Shown here: positions 1-15,184 of the stretch, piece after piece | How positions within the stretch are numbered: position 1 is the first letter of the stretch | Layout of the letters: each line of letters opens with the position of its first letter | Notes under the pieces: model-generated | The model's database searches: none | What the model was told of the DNA's origin: nothing | What the model saw: only the letters and a program-made list of their open reading frames with translations | Translations under genes and position numbers: made by a program | From: an uncultured delta proteobacterium | Lineage (GTDB): Bacteria > Myxococcota_A > Polyangia > Haliangiales > Haliangiaceae | Direction of reading: 5' to 3' | Assembly (NCBI GenBank): GCA_963848295.1 | Contig: CAWKDB010000010.1 | Coordinates: 2,048,001-2,112,000 of the forward strand | DNA length: 64,000 bases

Positions 1-1077
1 GCGAGCGCGTCCAACGGCATGCTCGGCGGCATGTTCGGCATCGGCGTCGCGTTCGTCGCGATTCCGATCGTGATGTACCTCGCGATGGCGCCCGACAACT
101 CGAAGTTCATCGGCACGTGCGACTCGCTGCCGAAACCCGACGACACCTACGGCATCATGGTTCAGCTCGCGAAGGGCGGCCCGAATGCCGCACCCGCGAT
201 CGAGATCTTCGACCCGCTGTGCCCGTCGTGCAAAGCGTTCGAGACCCGGCTCGAGGCGTCGGGGATGGCCGACAAGCTCGACCGAAAAGCGGTCCTGTTT
301 CCGCTCGACAGCACGTGCAACTGGATGGTCCCCGAGGTCACGCATCCCGGTGCCTGCACGATCAGCGAAGCGGTGCTGTGCGCCGGCGATCGCGCGCCCG
401 ACGTGATCGCGTGGGCGTTCGAGGTCCAGGATCAGGTGCGCGAACAGACCAAGGCCGATCCGACCGCGGCGGCTCGCATGGTCAAGCAGCGGTTCCCGGA
501 GCTCGCGGCGTGCGTCGGCTCGCCCGAGGCCAAGGCGAAGATCAACAAGTCGCTGCGCTGGGCCGTCGCGAACAACATCCACGTGCTGACCCCGCAGCTG
601 TTCATCGATAACACGAAGCTGTGCGACGAAGATGTCGACCTCGGGCTCGAGTACGCACTCACGATCATGCTCGATCGCCACGCGAAGGGAACGCTCGCGC
701 CGATCCCAGCGGCCGGCACGCCGATGCCCGCGGCTGTGCCCGCCGACACCAAGCCAACGCCGCCGAGCGACACCAAGGCCGTGCCCGCCGACACCAAGCC
801 AACGCCACCGAGCGACACCAAGCCCGCGCCGCCGCCCGAGACCAAGCCCGCGCCGCCGCCCGAGACCAAGCCCGCGCCGCCGCCCGAGACCAAGCCGGAG
901 CCGCCGCCCGAGACCAAACCGACGCCGCCGCCGGAGCAGACCAAGCCGACGCCGGACAAGTCGGGCGAACGCCCGACGCGTAGCGCCGCCGATGGCGGCG
1001 CGGAGGTGAAAGACAAGCCTGTGACGTCGCCATCCGAGACGGCGCCTACCGGCTCGGCCGCAGGGAGCGCACCATGA
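1..1077 (+). CDS. Membrane-anchored DsbA/thioredoxin-fold protein with Pro-rich C-terminal tail (5'-partial)
   Basis: Frame is open from base 1; TM segment, then FDPLCPSC (CxxC) and cis-Pro-like TPQLFID; repetitive P/T/K tail. Confidence 0.75.
   Translation, partial: ASASNGMLGGMFGIGVAFVAIPIVMYLAMAPDNSKFIGTCDSLPKPDDTYGIMVQLAKGGPNAAPAIEIFDPLCPSCKAFETRLEASGMADKLDRKAVLFPLDSTCNWMVPEVTHPGACTISEAVLCAGDRAPDVIAWAFEVQDQVREQTKADPTAAARMVKQRFPELAACVGSPEAKAKINKSLRWAVANNIHVLTPQLFIDNTKLCDEDVDLGLEYALTIMLDRHAKGTLAPIPAAGTPMPAAVPADTKPTPPSDTKAVPADTKPTPPSDTKPAPPPETKPAPPPETKPAPPPETKPEPPPETKPTPPPEQTKPTPDKSGERPTRSAADGGAEVKDKPVTSPSETAPTGSAAGSAP
733..959 (+). repeat. Coding tandem repeats (2x AVPADTKPTPPSDTK; several 24-bp [E/D]TKP[A/E/T]PPP units)
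   Basis: Repeated gagaccaagcccgcgccgccgccc units are directly visible. Confidence 0.9.
960..1004 (-). repeat. Double-hairpin intragenic palindromic element, antisense copy
   Basis: Minus strand reads tccgcgccgcc-atc-ggcggcgc-tacgc-gtcgggcg-tt-cgcccgac (two perfect 8-bp stems); host peptide ADGGA is shared with the antisense copy at 54906. Confidence 0.6.
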
Positions 1078-1757
1078 TCGGGTTGCGCATCGCGATCGTC
1101 GCCGTGTTGCTCGCGATCCCCGCGACCGTGACCGGCATGTGGATCCACTCGGCCGAGACTCGGCTCGCCGAGCTGTCGGCGAGCGCGACCGACTCCGCGC
1201 CCGTCGCCGCCGCGTCCGACGTCGGTTACTGCAGCCCCGGTCTCAAGCGAATCCTGCGCCGCGTGCTGATGAGCTGCGGCCTCGTCGGCAACGGCGTCAC
1301 GCGCGGCTGCCAGCCGGTGCAGGCGAAGAACGTCGCGACGATGAGCGGCACGGACTTCAACGCGCTGTTCAAGCCGATGAAGGATCGCGGCGGCATCGTC
1401 CAGTTCGATCTCGACAAGTCGGATCTCGATCCGGGTGCGCTCGCGCTGATCGATCAGACGTTCGCCGATCAACGCGGTGCGAGCTGGTTCTTCGTCGTCG
1501 CGCGGTCGTCGCCCGAAGGCTCGATCGAGCACAACCGCGAGCTGTCGAAGGCGCGCGCCGAAGCCGTGATGACCCACCTGCGCGAGAAGTTCAAGGATCC
1601 CGATCTCGACAAGGAGGTCGGCATGCTGTGGCTCGGCAAGGAGTACGCTCAGCTCGAGGCCGAGTTCTGCCAGTGGAAGCGCAGCTCCGGCGAAAAATGC
1701 GGACCCGAAGAGATCAACCGGAGCGCGTTCATCGCATGGATCGACTGCCAGCTCTGA
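1074..1757 (+). CDS. OmpA-like (peptidoglycan-binding) domain protein, Cys-rich, N-terminal TM/signal
   Basis: VQFDLDKSDL...EGSIEHNRELSKARAEAV motif; ATGA overlap with the upstream gene. Confidence 0.7.
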   Translation: MIGLRIAIVAVLLAIPATVTGMWIHSAETRLAELSASATDSAPVAAASDVGYCSPGLKRILRRVLMSCGLVGNGVTRGCQPVQAKNVATMSGTDFNALFKPMKDRGGIVQFDLDKSDLDPGALALIDQTFADQRGASWFFVVARSSPEGSIEHNRELSKARAEAVMTHLREKFKDPDLDKEVGMLWLGKEYAQLEAEFCQWKRSSGEKCGPEEINRSAFIAWIDCQL

Positions 1758-2323
1758 TCATCGCGGTCGTCGTCACCGCCGGGTGCGACTCCAACAAGGC
1801 CGAGCCGACCCCGTCGCGAACCGAGGTCGTCAAGACCGCCGCGCACGCCAAGACGACAGATGTCGAAGCGTTCTGCGACGTGTATGCCGCCGACGACAAA
1901 GGCCCCGAGCTCACGTTCCCGGAGCTCATCGGTACGGTGCCACCGCAACCCGCGGGCACGTGGCGCTGGCTCAACGTATGGGCGACGTGGTGCGAGCCGT
2001 GCGTCGCCGAGCTGCCGCGCATTCAGCGGATGAAGACCAAGCTCACGGCCGCCGGCCGCAAGGTCGAGCTCGCGTTCGTTTCGATCGACGAAAAGGAAGA
2101 TGACATCACCGCGTTTCGCAAGGCGCACCCGGATACGCCGGAGACCGCACGCCTCGCGAAGCTCGACAACCAGGCCGCGTGGTTCTCGGCGCTCGGCGTC
2201 CAGCCGGCGACGCCGATCCCGCTACACGTGTTCGTCAGCCCTGCGGGCCACATTCGCTGTGCACGCGCGGGCGGGGTGCGCGACACCGACTACGACAAGA
2301 TCGACAAGCTGCTGTCGCAGTGA
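1736..2323 (+). CDS. TlpA/ResA-family thiol-disulfide oxidoreductase lipoprotein
   Basis: LNVWATWCEPCVAELP motif; lipobox-like VTAGC; ATG at 1736 overlaps the upstream gene. Confidence 0.85.
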   Translation: MDRLPALIIAVVVTAGCDSNKAEPTPSRTEVVKTAAHAKTTDVEAFCDVYAADDKGPELTFPELIGTVPPQPAGTWRWLNVWATWCEPCVAELPRIQRMKTKLTAAGRKVELAFVSIDEKEDDITAFRKAHPDTPETARLAKLDNQAAWFSALGVQPATPIPLHVFVSPAGHIRCARAGGVRDTDYDKIDKLLSQ

Positions 2324-2360
2324 ACCGCGCGACTCGCGATCTACGGCCTCGCACGGTGGG

Positions 2361-5300
2361 TCAATCGGTCGTCGCGCGATCGTGGTCGTCGATGCGCGCG
2401 GTCGTCGCGGTCTCGAGCCGGCGCGCCAGCTCGGCGGCGGTCGGCGGCTCGAGCGACGGCACCTTCCAGATCCGCAACGTGCCATCGCGCGAGCCAGAGA
2501 CGAGCTCGTCGGGCTTCGGCCACGCGACGCGATCGACCGCACCGTCGTGACCTCGCAACACGCGATGACGGCCGGTGTCGAGCTGCCAGACGCGGATCGT
2601 CTTGTCGTAGCTCGCGGTCGCGATCTCGCGACTGTCCGGAGAGAACGCGAGGTCCATGACGAGATCGCCGTGGCCCTTGAGCACGGTGACCAGCGCGCCG
2701 CTCGCGCTCCACACGCGGACGGTGCGATCGCCGAGCGCGCCAGCGATCAACTTGCCGTCCGGCGACGTCACGATGCGCTGGAGCTGACGGCCTTCGCTCG
2801 GAAGCTCGATCGTGTGTCCGCCATCGATCACGGCGATCGAATTATCGCAACGCGCGACGACGAGGTGATCGTCGACCGGATCGAACCGGATGAAGTTCGT
2901 GCACGACGGCGCGCCATCGCCGATCAGGGTGCGAGTGCCGTCGCGTTCGATCATCACGAGCTGGTCGCCGATCTCGGCGGCGACCCGGCCATCGCGCGCG
3001 ACCGTCATCTTGCGGATCGGCTCGCCGCCGTCGACGATCAGCTTGCTCGCGCCAGTCGTGACGTCCCACGCGCGCAGCGTGCCGTCGAACGAAGCGGAGT
3101 ACAGCGTCTTGCTGTCGTGCGAGAATTCTTCGCGCGACAATCGGCCGGTATGCCCGCGCAGCTCGAGCGGCGCGCCGACGCGACGCCGCAGCTCCATCGC
3201 ACCGAGCGGATCCGACTCGGGCACGACGAGTAGCTCGCCATCAGGCGATGGCACTCCAATCCCGAGGCTGTGCGCGTCGGCCCACGAGAACAACGGCTCG
3301 CGCGTGCCGTTCGCGAGATCCCAGCGCGCGAGGCTCGTCGGGGTCGCGACCAAGGCGTGATCGCCCGCGACCTCGAGCATCGCGATCTCCGCGCCTTCGG
3401 TCAGCACTCGCGCGTCGCTGTGAGCCACCGGCCAGACGCGCAAGCTGCCATCGACGCTCGCCGTGACGACGAGCTTCTCGTCGGGCGAGAACCGCGCGCG
3501 ATAGACATCGTCGTCGTGACCGGCGAGCTCGAGCGACGTGCCGGATGCGACATTCCACAACCGTGCGGTGCCGTCATCGCCGGCGGTGACGATCGTCTTG
3601 CCGTCGGCGGTGAATTGGATCGAGTAGATCGCATCGCTGTGGCCGCGGAGCGTGCGGGTCTGGCCACCCGCGATGTCGACGAGCAAGAGCTCGGGCCGCG
3701 TGCCGGCGAGCGCGAGCGTGCGCATATCCGGAGACCATTCGACCGCGTCGATCATGCCGTCGTAGTCGGCGAGCTTGTGCAGCGGGCCACCAGTGAACGG
3801 CACGCCCCAGACGGTGAGGCCGTCGTGCACGATCGCGAGATCGCCTCTGGGCGAGACGCCGACGTACTTCACCGCGCGCTCGGTATGAGCGATCACGCGC
3901 GGCGGCCCGGTCTGCGCGGTGTCGATCGCGACGACCTCGTTCGGCCCGACGACACCGACCCCGTGCGTCCAGTTGTTGCTCGCGACGGCGACGAGCATCG
4001 CGGCGTCCGGGCCGACCTGCTGATGCGTCCCGTCCAGGCCGACGAGGTTGACCGGCCCCGCCTCGTACTCGATCGCGACGCGCGTCCCCGCGGGGTCGAA
4101 GCGGATGTGTACGGGCGCACGACCGCGGTCGAGCAACGTGCGCGACGAGCCACCGGCGAGTGACCACGCGACGACATCGCCGAGCGACCCCGCGGTCACC
4201 GCGGTCTTGCCGTCGGGAGACAACGCGAGCACCACCGGTTCGGAGGCGGTGCGCCCGAGCACGCGGCTCGCTCCGGTCGCGACGTCATAGATCCGGACTG
4301 TCCCGTCGCGCACGCTCGCGACGATCGAGCGCCCATCCGGGGTGAACCGCGCGTCGTAGACCCAATCGCCCGGGCGCAACACGTGACGCGCGACCCCGAG
4401 CGAGACCGCCTCGTCGACGACGTCGACGACCTCGGAGCGATCGCGATCCGCGAGCGGATACAGCTTCAGCCACGCGACCGCTGCGGTGGGATCCTTGCGC
4501 AGCGACGTCTCGGCTTGGACGAGCACGAGCGCGTGCTTGCGATCTTCGGCCGACGAGCGCGCATCCTCGGCGCGCGCCCGTTCGGTCTCGGCGATATCGC
4601 GTTCGTCGACGACGCGGCGGAACGACATCACCCCGACCGCGGCCAACGCTAGCGCGCTGACCAGCGCCATCAGCGCGACGCCGCGATGTTGCGCCAGCTT
4701 GCGGCGAATGCGATGCCAGGTGGTGTACGCGTGCGCGCTGACCAACTTGCCGGTCTGGTAGCGGCGGAGATCCTCGGCGAGCTCGCTCGCATCGGCGTAG
4801 CGTTTCGCCGGATCTCGCGCCATCGCCTTGCCGACGAGATCGACGAGCTCGGTCGGGGCATCGACGAGCGCCTTCGGTGCGCCCGCGAGGACGTGGCTGA
4901 TCACCGCCTCCGGCGCATCGGGATGCTCGGTCGAGACATCGAAGTACGGAGGCTCGCCGGCGAGCAGCTCGTAGAGCACCGCGCCGATCGCATAGACGTC
5001 GACGCGTTCGTCGCACGCCTCGCCGCGCGCTTGCTCCGGCGCCATATAGGCCGGCGTGCCCGCGACGCGGCCCGAGATCGTCGATGCGCTCGATCCGGCT
5101 GCGACGTGCTCGCCCGGCGGCTCCGGCACCGCACCCTTGTTATCGCGCGCCAGTCCCCAATCGACGACGATCGTCTCGCCAAACGCTCCGACCACGACGT
5201 TCGACGGCTTCAGATCGCGGTGGATCACGCCTTCGCTGTGCGCGTAACCAACCGCGTCGGCGATCGCGATGACGTGCGGCAACAGACCGAGCCTCTCGCG

Positions 5301-5693
5301 CAGCGTCTCGCGCTCGCCGATCAGCTCCTTGAGCGTGCGGCCCTCGACGAGCTTCATCACGTAGTACGGGTCGCCGTTCGGCCAACGCCCTGCTTCGTGC
5401 ACCGGCACGATGCCGGGATGCTCGAGCCGCGCCGTGATCAGCGCCTCGCGCACGAACCGCGCTTCGTGCCACTCGTCGCGATGCAACAGCTCCTTGACCG
5501 CGACGGTTCGCCCGAGCCGCTTGTCGACCGCACGCACCACGCGACCGAGGCCACCGCGCGCGTGCTCGGCGACTTGCTCGTAGCGCTCGGGATCGTCGAC
5601 CGGAAGATCGCCCTCGTCTTCGCACGTCTGCGAACGCGGCCCGCTCGTCGCGCGCGGCGACAGCGTGGCGGTGCGATCCGTAACGTCGGCCAT
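2361..5693 (-). CDS. Hanks-type Ser/Thr kinase with TM segment and C-terminal WD40 repeats
   Basis: ARGGLG, VAVK, HRDLKPSN, DWG, GTPAYMAPE; many GH...WD/WN repeats. Confidence 0.95.
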   Translation of the reverse strand: MADVTDRTATLSPRATSGPRSQTCEDEGDLPVDDPERYEQVAEHARGGLGRVVRAVDKRLGRTVAVKELLHRDEWHEARFVREALITARLEHPGIVPVHEAGRWPNGDPYYVMKLVEGRTLKELIGERETLRERLGLLPHVIAIADAVGYAHSEGVIHRDLKPSNVVVGAFGETIVVDWGLARDNKGAVPEPPGEHVAAGSSASTISGRVAGTPAYMAPEQARGEACDERVDVYAIGAVLYELLAGEPPYFDVSTEHPDAPEAVISHVLAGAPKALVDAPTELVDLVGKAMARDPAKRYADASELAEDLRRYQTGKLVSAHAYTTWHRIRRKLAQHRGVALMALVSALALAAVGVMSFRRVVDERDIAETERARAEDARSSAEDRKHALVLVQAETSLRKDPTAAVAWLKLYPLADRDRSEVVDVVDEAVSLGVARHVLRPGDWVYDARFTPDGRSIVASVRDGTVRIYDVATGASRVLGRTASEPVVLALSPDGKTAVTAGSLGDVVAWSLAGGSSRTLLDRGRAPVHIRFDPAGTRVAIEYEAGPVNLVGLDGTHQQVGPDAAMLVAVASNNWTHGVGVVGPNEVVAIDTAQTGPPRVIAHTERAVKYVGVSPRGDLAIVHDGLTVWGVPFTGGPLHKLADYDGMIDAVEWSPDMRTLALAGTRPELLLVDIAGGQTRTLRGHSDAIYSIQFTADGKTIVTAGDDGTARLWNVASGTSLELAGHDDDVYRARFSPDEKLVVTASVDGSLRVWPVAHSDARVLTEGAEIAMLEVAGDHALVATPTSLARWDLANGTREPLFSWADAHSLGIGVPSPDGELLVVPESDPLGAMELRRRVGAPLELRGHTGRLSREEFSHDSKTLYSASFDGTLRAWDVTTGASKLIVDGGEPIRKMTVARDGRVAAEIGDQLVMIERDGTRTLIGDGAPSCTNFIRFDPVDDHLVVARCDNSIAVIDGGHTIELPSEGRQLQRIVTSPDGKLIAGALGDRTVRVWSASGALVTVLKGHGDLVMDLAFSPDSREIATASYDKTIRVWQLDTGRHRVLRGHDGAVDRVAWPKPDELVSGSRDGTLRIWKVPSLEPPTAAELARRLETATTARIDDHDRATTD

Positions 5694-5792
5694 GGAGCAC
5701 CGGCAACCTACCCGGCAGACCTCAGATTCCCATGACTTGCGGTCGGTGGACGCGGTGTTTCGAGATTCGCGTAACCCTGCGGAGACGCTGGG

Positions 5793-7738
<1,946 letters not shown>

Positions 7739-7748
<10 letters not shown>

Positions 7749-8164
7749 GTCGACCTCTGCGAGAACGCCTGGGAGAGACGCTCGGTGTCGGCGGGGTTGA
7801 GCAGATCCACCGACGTGATCAGATCGTGACACGAGGCCTCGCTGCTGAGGCAAACCGCTGCGATGTCTCTCAGCAGAGAGTGCGTCCCCATCCACTGCCA
7901 TTTCGCTTCCTCGTTCACCAGGGGTTGGCCAGCCAAAGCCCCGACATCCCGCACGTACCACCCTGCTTGGCGGCACAACTCGAGATACGAGCGACCCGCC
8001 TGGTGCGCCGCTTCGTCGAACGGCACCGGCGTAGGACGAGCCACGAGGATCGTTACGCCGCTCGCGATCGCTACCGCGCCGAGCGCCGTCCGCCAGCGCG
8101 TGCGTCGCACGAGCAGCGCAGCAAGGCCCGAAGCAATGACTCCAACGACGATGATCTCGATCAT
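7739..8164 (-). CDS. Small hypothetical membrane protein (2 TM plus Cys-containing domain)
   Basis: 141 aa ORF with two hydrophobic N-terminal helices; GGAGG RBS; tightly packed between neighbours. Confidence 0.65.
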
Positions 8165-8166
8165 GA

Positions 8167-9483
8167 TCAGACCTCCAGGTTCTCGAGCGACAAGCTCTGA
8201 ACCTTCTCGGTGAGATCGACGATGTTCTTCTCGTCGATCTCGGGCGCGTAGTGACAGTCAGCGGTTTCGCGGTTGTAGATGAGCTCGCCTAGGCAGTGGT
8301 GACCTGCAGCATAGGAGCCTTGTGGCACGACAGCGGTCATCAGCTGTGACCAGTCGCTCCGTCGCACGTAACCATCCGCCGTGATCAACAGCGATGCGAT
8401 CGGCCAGGCGTCTGTGCCGTGCTCCACGATCCGAATCGCCTTGTTGATCTTCAAGTCTCGAACGCGGCCCGCGTGCATCAGCTGGCGGCGAACGTCGGGG
8501 CCGACATCGTTGAGCCGCATCTTCTGCTTGAGCGTTCCAAACAGATCGACCTGGATCTCGAGAATCCCGTGTAGCGACGTGCTTGGCTCGCGCAGCGTAT
8601 CGGTGTCGATCGCGAACGGGTCGACGTTGCCCTTCACGATCTCTGCGCCGCGCACATCCGCACTCGGTGACACCGCGCCCGGCAACTTGATCGCACCGCG
8701 CTGACCGTTGTTGCTCTCGTCCCACGAGTCCCATCCCCGCATCGCGCCGACGTGCGCCTGCCCTACGAGGTTGACCCAACCAACGAGCGCCGACTGCTTC
8801 GCGGCCTGCACTATCGGCTCGCGCGACGTGGCGAGAGCCTCGAGCGTTGTACTCGCGACTTTTTCAAGCGCCTCGGTATCGAGCTCTGCGAGCCGATCGT
8901 AGTGAACGGAGAGCTCGCTCATGAACCGATGCTTCGTAGCCGCGAGCGCGGCGCCGAGCGATTCTTCATACGCCGTGCGCAGATCGTCGATCATGGCGTC
9001 GCCGGCCAGCGGGTCAGACTTGAACGCGCCCTTGACGCTCGAGCGGAACGCGCTCGCGAACACCTTCGCGGCCCCCTCGCTCACGACGCCGTCCAAGATG
9101 ATCGGAATCAGCGCCGCTCCAGCCTCGGCCAGCGCGAGCGAGGCCGCCAATCGGACTAGCTGGCCGAGCAGGCTTGGCCGAGACGGCTGCTCCGCGCGTT
9201 CGATCGAATGCTTCGCTTCCTCGATACCGTCTCTGACGTGGTCGAGCATCGTCGATTGAATGTTGATGATCTGATCAAGCACCCCTGCGCGATGGACCTC
9301 GGGCGCTACCGCGGACGGCTTGGGAGCCTCTTGCGACCGCGACGCCGCTATGTTGCGAACGATCGAGCCGACCGCATCACCGTAGGCGGCCAGGCCCGGA
9401 CGGCGTTCCGGTTCACGGTGAGCTGGCGCAACCGCCTTCGCCGGCGCTGCCGAAAGCTTCTCCGCTGCATTTCCGCTTCCCAT
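8167..9483 (-). CDS. Hypothetical protein (helical N-terminal half with a hydrophobic segment)
   Basis: 438 aa ORF with AAAGGA RBS; no recognised motif. Confidence 0.7.
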   Translation of the reverse strand: MGSGNAAEKLSAAPAKAVAPAHREPERRPGLAAYGDAVGSIVRNIAASRSQEAPKPSAVAPEVHRAGVLDQIINIQSTMLDHVRDGIEEAKHSIERAEQPSRPSLLGQLVRLAASLALAEAGAALIPIILDGVVSEGAAKVFASAFRSSVKGAFKSDPLAGDAMIDDLRTAYEESLGAALAATKHRFMSELSVHYDRLAELDTEALEKVASTTLEALATSREPIVQAAKQSALVGWVNLVGQAHVGAMRGWDSWDESNNGQRGAIKLPGAVSPSADVRGAEIVKGNVDPFAIDTDTLREPSTSLHGILEIQVDLFGTLKQKMRLNDVGPDVRRQLMHAGRVRDLKINKAIRIVEHGTDAWPIASLLITADGYVRRSDWSQLMTAVVPQGSYAAGHHCLGELIYNRETADCHYAPEIDEKNIVDLTEKVQSLSLENLEV

Positions 9484-9516
9484 ACATTCCTTTCGACGTA
9501 CGCTCGCGATCGGCTG

Positions 9517-10353
9517 TCATCGATACGCGGACGCCGGGGGAGCACCGCAATAGTCCTTGTCCGTCGTCCGCACGAGCTTGTGGGCAGCGTTGAACTGATA
9601 GCGGTGCACGACGTGCGCGGGTCGGCCGTTCGGACAAGGCGAGTCGGACTCGGTGTCGCGAAACCACACCGACGCGGCGGCGAGCTTGCGCGCATCGGTC
9701 GTCGCGGAGCCGCCCGGCAAGAAGAACGCCGGATCGACGAGCGCCATCGCGAGCTTGTCGGCCTTGAGCACCTTCTTGTATGGCGCGGCGCGCTTCTCGG
9801 CGACCTCGTCGAACTTCTTCTTACCGGCGGCGCACCACTTCGCCATCGCGGCGCCGAGCGTGGTCTGCGCGTCGCCGACATCGACCGGGTCGGTATCGGC
9901 AACGCCAGCGGCCTTCGCCAGATTGTAGGCATTGATGCACGCTCCGTAGATCGCCGCGTCGGGTGGACCATGCGGGGACTCGGCATCGTGACGCGCGAGC
10001 CCGAGCCATTGCTTCGCCGCCACCATCGCCTCGGCCGGCACCATCCGTTCGCACAGCCGCTTGGCTTCCGGCCACGGATGCTCGCCCGCGTCGAGCCCGG
10101 GCGCCGGGGTCGTCAGCGTAAACGTCGCGGTCTCGGGCACGTGGGCCGCCGCGATCTTGTCGAACACGGCCATGCAACCCTTGCTGGATCCGCGGACGCC
10201 CCACATCCCGCCGGCGTCTCGCCACCATACCGACGCTTGCTGCCCGAGCTGGTAGAGCAAGTAGTCGTTCTTGTCGTCGGCCCGCGCCGTGCGCGCACCA
10301 ACGATCATCACCGCCACCATCAGAATGCGTTTCGCCTGCTGGAGTCTTTCCAT
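9517..10353 (-). CDS. Hypothetical secreted Cys-rich protein
   Basis: Signal-peptide-like ARTARA|DDK; paired Cys; host-like codon bias. Confidence 0.7.
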   Translation of the reverse strand: MERLQQAKRILMVAVMIVGARTARADDKNDYLLYQLGQQASVWWRDAGGMWGVRGSSKGCMAVFDKIAAAHVPETATFTLTTPAPGLDAGEHPWPEAKRLCERMVPAEAMVAAKQWLGLARHDAESPHGPPDAAIYGACINAYNLAKAAGVADTDPVDVGDAQTTLGAAMAKWCAAGKKKFDEVAEKRAAPYKKVLKADKLAMALVDPAFFLPGGSATTDARKLAAASVWFRDTESDSPCPNGRPAHVVHRYQFNAAHKLVRTTDKDYCGAPPASAYR

Positions 10354-10398
10354 GGACGGCTGTATCGACCGCCGCTCGCCGCGGTTGCGGGCCGCGAA

Positions 10399-10770
10399 TT
10401 ACCTTGGAAAGTCGATGCGTTGGTCGTGATCGGGGGTCACGAGCTTCGTGTAGTGCCTGCCGCGCAGCACCGCCTCGATCGTGACCGCGGTGTCCGACTG
10501 CTGGACATGCAAGGTCAGCGGCGTATGGCCGGCGGGACGACCGTTCACCGAGATCGAGCCGGCCGGGCGAGCGTGGATCTCGATCTCGACCGTGCCGTCG
10601 TCGCGCCGCGGCGCCGATGCGGTATCGCCGTGGTGAACCTCGGGCTCGCCGTCGTCCGACTTCGAGCCACCGCTCATCATCACGAGCACGACGACGATCG
10701 CCAACGCGATCACGCCGGCGACGATCGCGATGCCGACGAGCGGCGGCCGACTCGGCGAGCTCTCGGCCAT
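10399..10770 (-). CDS. Single-TM PEGA-like domain protein
   Basis: TM segment, then ARPAGSISVNGRPAGHTPLTL (PEGA-like). Confidence 0.65.
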   Translation of the reverse strand: MAESSPSRPPLVGIAIVAGVIALAIVVVLVMMSGGSKSDDGEPEVHHGDTASAPRRDDGTVEIEIHARPAGSISVNGRPAGHTPLTLHVQQSDTAVTIEAVLRGRHYTKLVTPDHDQRIDFPR

Positions 10771-10893
10771 CACCGATCGACCCGTGCCCCGCGCACACCG
10801 ACGAGCATGATCGCGAGCATCGGAATCCGTTTCATGTCATCGCTCCCGCGCCGAGCCTATCGCACGCGAGAACCGGTGCGCTATGGTCCCCGC

Positions 10894-13242
<2,349 letters not shown>

Positions 13243-13244
13243 TC

Positions 13245-14408
13245 ATGACCACCGAGATCGTCATTGCAGAAGCAGTTCGCTCCGCGGTCGGCCGCGGCTT
13301 CAAAGGCTCGCTCGCGACGAAGCGCCCCGACGAGCTCGCCGCCGATGTGATCCGCGGTTTGATGGCTCGCGTCCCTCAAGTGCGCGGCAAGATCGACGAC
13401 GTCGTGCTCGGCTGCGCGATGCCCGAAGGCGAGCAAGGGCTCAACGTAGCGCGGTTGATCGCACTGTCGGCTGACCTCGGCATCGAAGTGCCGGCACAGA
13501 CGATCAATCGCTTCTGCTCGAGCGGCTTGCAGGCCATCGCGATCGCCGCGGGCTCGATCGCGATCGGCTCGAACGACGTCGTGATCGCAGGCGGCGTCGA
13601 GTCGATGACCATGGTGCCGATGACCGGCTTTCATCTGTCGGCGTCGCCGGACTTGATGGAGCACATGCCGGGTGCGAACACGCCGATGGGCATCACCGCC
13701 GAGAACGTCGCGAATCGGTTCGGCATCACGCGCCAGATGCAGGATGAATTCGCGCTCAAGTCGCAGATGAAGGCGAAAGCGGCGCTCGAGAAGAAGGCGT
13801 TCGCCGACGAGATCGTGCCGGTCCGCGCGATCAGCTTCAAAGACGGCCATCGCGTCTACAAGGACTTTGCCATCGACGAGATGCCGCGCCCCGACACCAC
13901 GCTCGAAGGACTCGGCAAGCTCCCGCCGGCGTTCGCGCAAGGCGGCAGCGTGACCGCCGGCAACAGCTCGCCGATCTCGGACGGCGCCGCGGCCGCGCTC
14001 GTGATGACCCGCGCGAAAGCCAAGGAGCTGGGCATCGCACCGCTGGGTGTGCTGCGCGGCTTCGTCGCGGTCGGCGTGGATCCCGAGATCATGGGCATCG
14101 GGCCGCTACCGGCGGTCAAGAAGCTGCTCGCGAAGACCGGCGTACCGATCGATCAGATCGACCTCTTCGAGCTCAACGAAGCGTTCGCGAGCCAGTCGGT
14201 ATACTGCCAGCGCGAGCTCGGCATTCCCGATGCGAAGATCAATGTCAACGGCGGCGCGATTGCCCTCGGACATCCGCTCGGTTGCACGGGCGCCAAGCTG
14301 ACGGCGAGCGCGCTGTACGAGCTGCGCCGGCGCGGCGGTCGCTACGCGGTCGTGACGATGTGCATCGGTGGAGGCCAGGGCGCAGCAGCACTGTTCGAGA
14401 AGCCGTGA
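13245..14408 (+). CDS. fadA: Acetyl-CoA C-acyltransferase (thiolase)
   Basis: [20 protein letters not shown] and MCIGGGQG motifs. Confidence 0.95.
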   Translation: MTTEIVIAEAVRSAVGRGFKGSLATKRPDELAADVIRGLMARVPQVRGKIDDVVLGCAMPEGEQGLNVARLIALSADLGIEVPAQTINRFCSSGLQAIAIAAGSIAIGSNDVVIAGGVESMTMVPMTGFHLSASPDLMEHMPGANTPMGITAENVANRFGITRQMQDEFALKSQMKAKAALEKKAFADEIVPVRAISFKDGHRVYKDFAIDEMPRPDTTLEGLGKLPPAFAQGGSVTAGNSSPISDGAAAALVMTRAKAKELGIAPLGVLRGFVAVGVDPEIMGIGPLPAVKKLLAKTGVPIDQIDLFELNEAFASQSVYCQRELGIPDAKINVNGGAIALGHPLGCTGAKLTASALYELRRRGGRYAVVTMCIGGGQGAAALFEKP

Positions 14409-14455
14409 GAGCTTTGCGGTTGGCGAGAGTCGGGGTGGCGTACTAGTCTGCGCCC

Positions 14456-15184
14456 GTGCGTTTCTCCGTAGCCTTCGTCTCACTCGCCCTCGTAGTCGCC
14501 TGCAAAGGCAAACCGCGCCATAAAGATCCCGGCCCGGCGATCGCGGTGAAAGCGACCGGCTCGGGATCGGGGTCGGCCGCGATCCCGTCGGGACCACGTC
14601 CCGACATCGAGCTCCCGCGTGGGACGGGACTGCCACCGGCGAAGACGACCGCCGCGTTGACCAAGGCGCAGCTCACGAAGCTGTCCGAGATCAAGGTTCC
14701 GCGCTTCCTTCTCAAGGTCCAGCTGTTGACCGACGTCCTATTGGTCGCGCGCCAGACCACCGACGACCATCCGAAGATCGCGGCTACCGTCGTGATCTCG
14801 CCGTGCCCGGGGCCCGAGTGCCGGCCGCTCGAGCTCGCGAAGTGGCAAGCCGATCCGGCGCCCGCGAAGACGGGCCTCGATCCGGACCTCGCGGCCCGGC
14901 CGGACACCAAGTTCGAGCTCGGCGAGGACGAGCTCGACGGGCAGAAGATGATCTCGTCCTACCAGCTCGGCTACTGGTTCCAGAGCGGCGATGCCGGCAA
15001 GTGGACGGACATGTATTGCCTCTACTTCAACGACACGATCAATCGCATCCACGTCTGCGCCGAATACAAGGACGATCCGGCGAGCAGCCTCGACGCGATG
15101 GTCAAGCTCACGCCGAAACAAGATCTCGTGAACACCGCGAAGGCGTTCATGGACCTCTATACGCAGGCGTGGGCTGCGCCCTGA
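14456..15184 (+). CDS. Hypothetical lipoprotein
   Basis: Lipobox LVVAC; GSGSGS linker. Confidence 0.7.
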   Translation: MRFSVAFVSLALVVACKGKPRHKDPGPAIAVKATGSGSGSAAIPSGPRPDIELPRGTGLPPAKTTAALTKAQLTKLSEIKVPRFLLKVQLLTDVLLVARQTTDDHPKIAATVVISPCPGPECRPLELAKWQADPAPAKTGLDPDLAARPDTKFELGEDELDGQKMISSYQLGYWFQSGDAGKWTDMYCLYFNDTINRIHVCAEYKDDPASSLDAMVKLTPKQDLVNTAKAFMDLYTQAWAAP

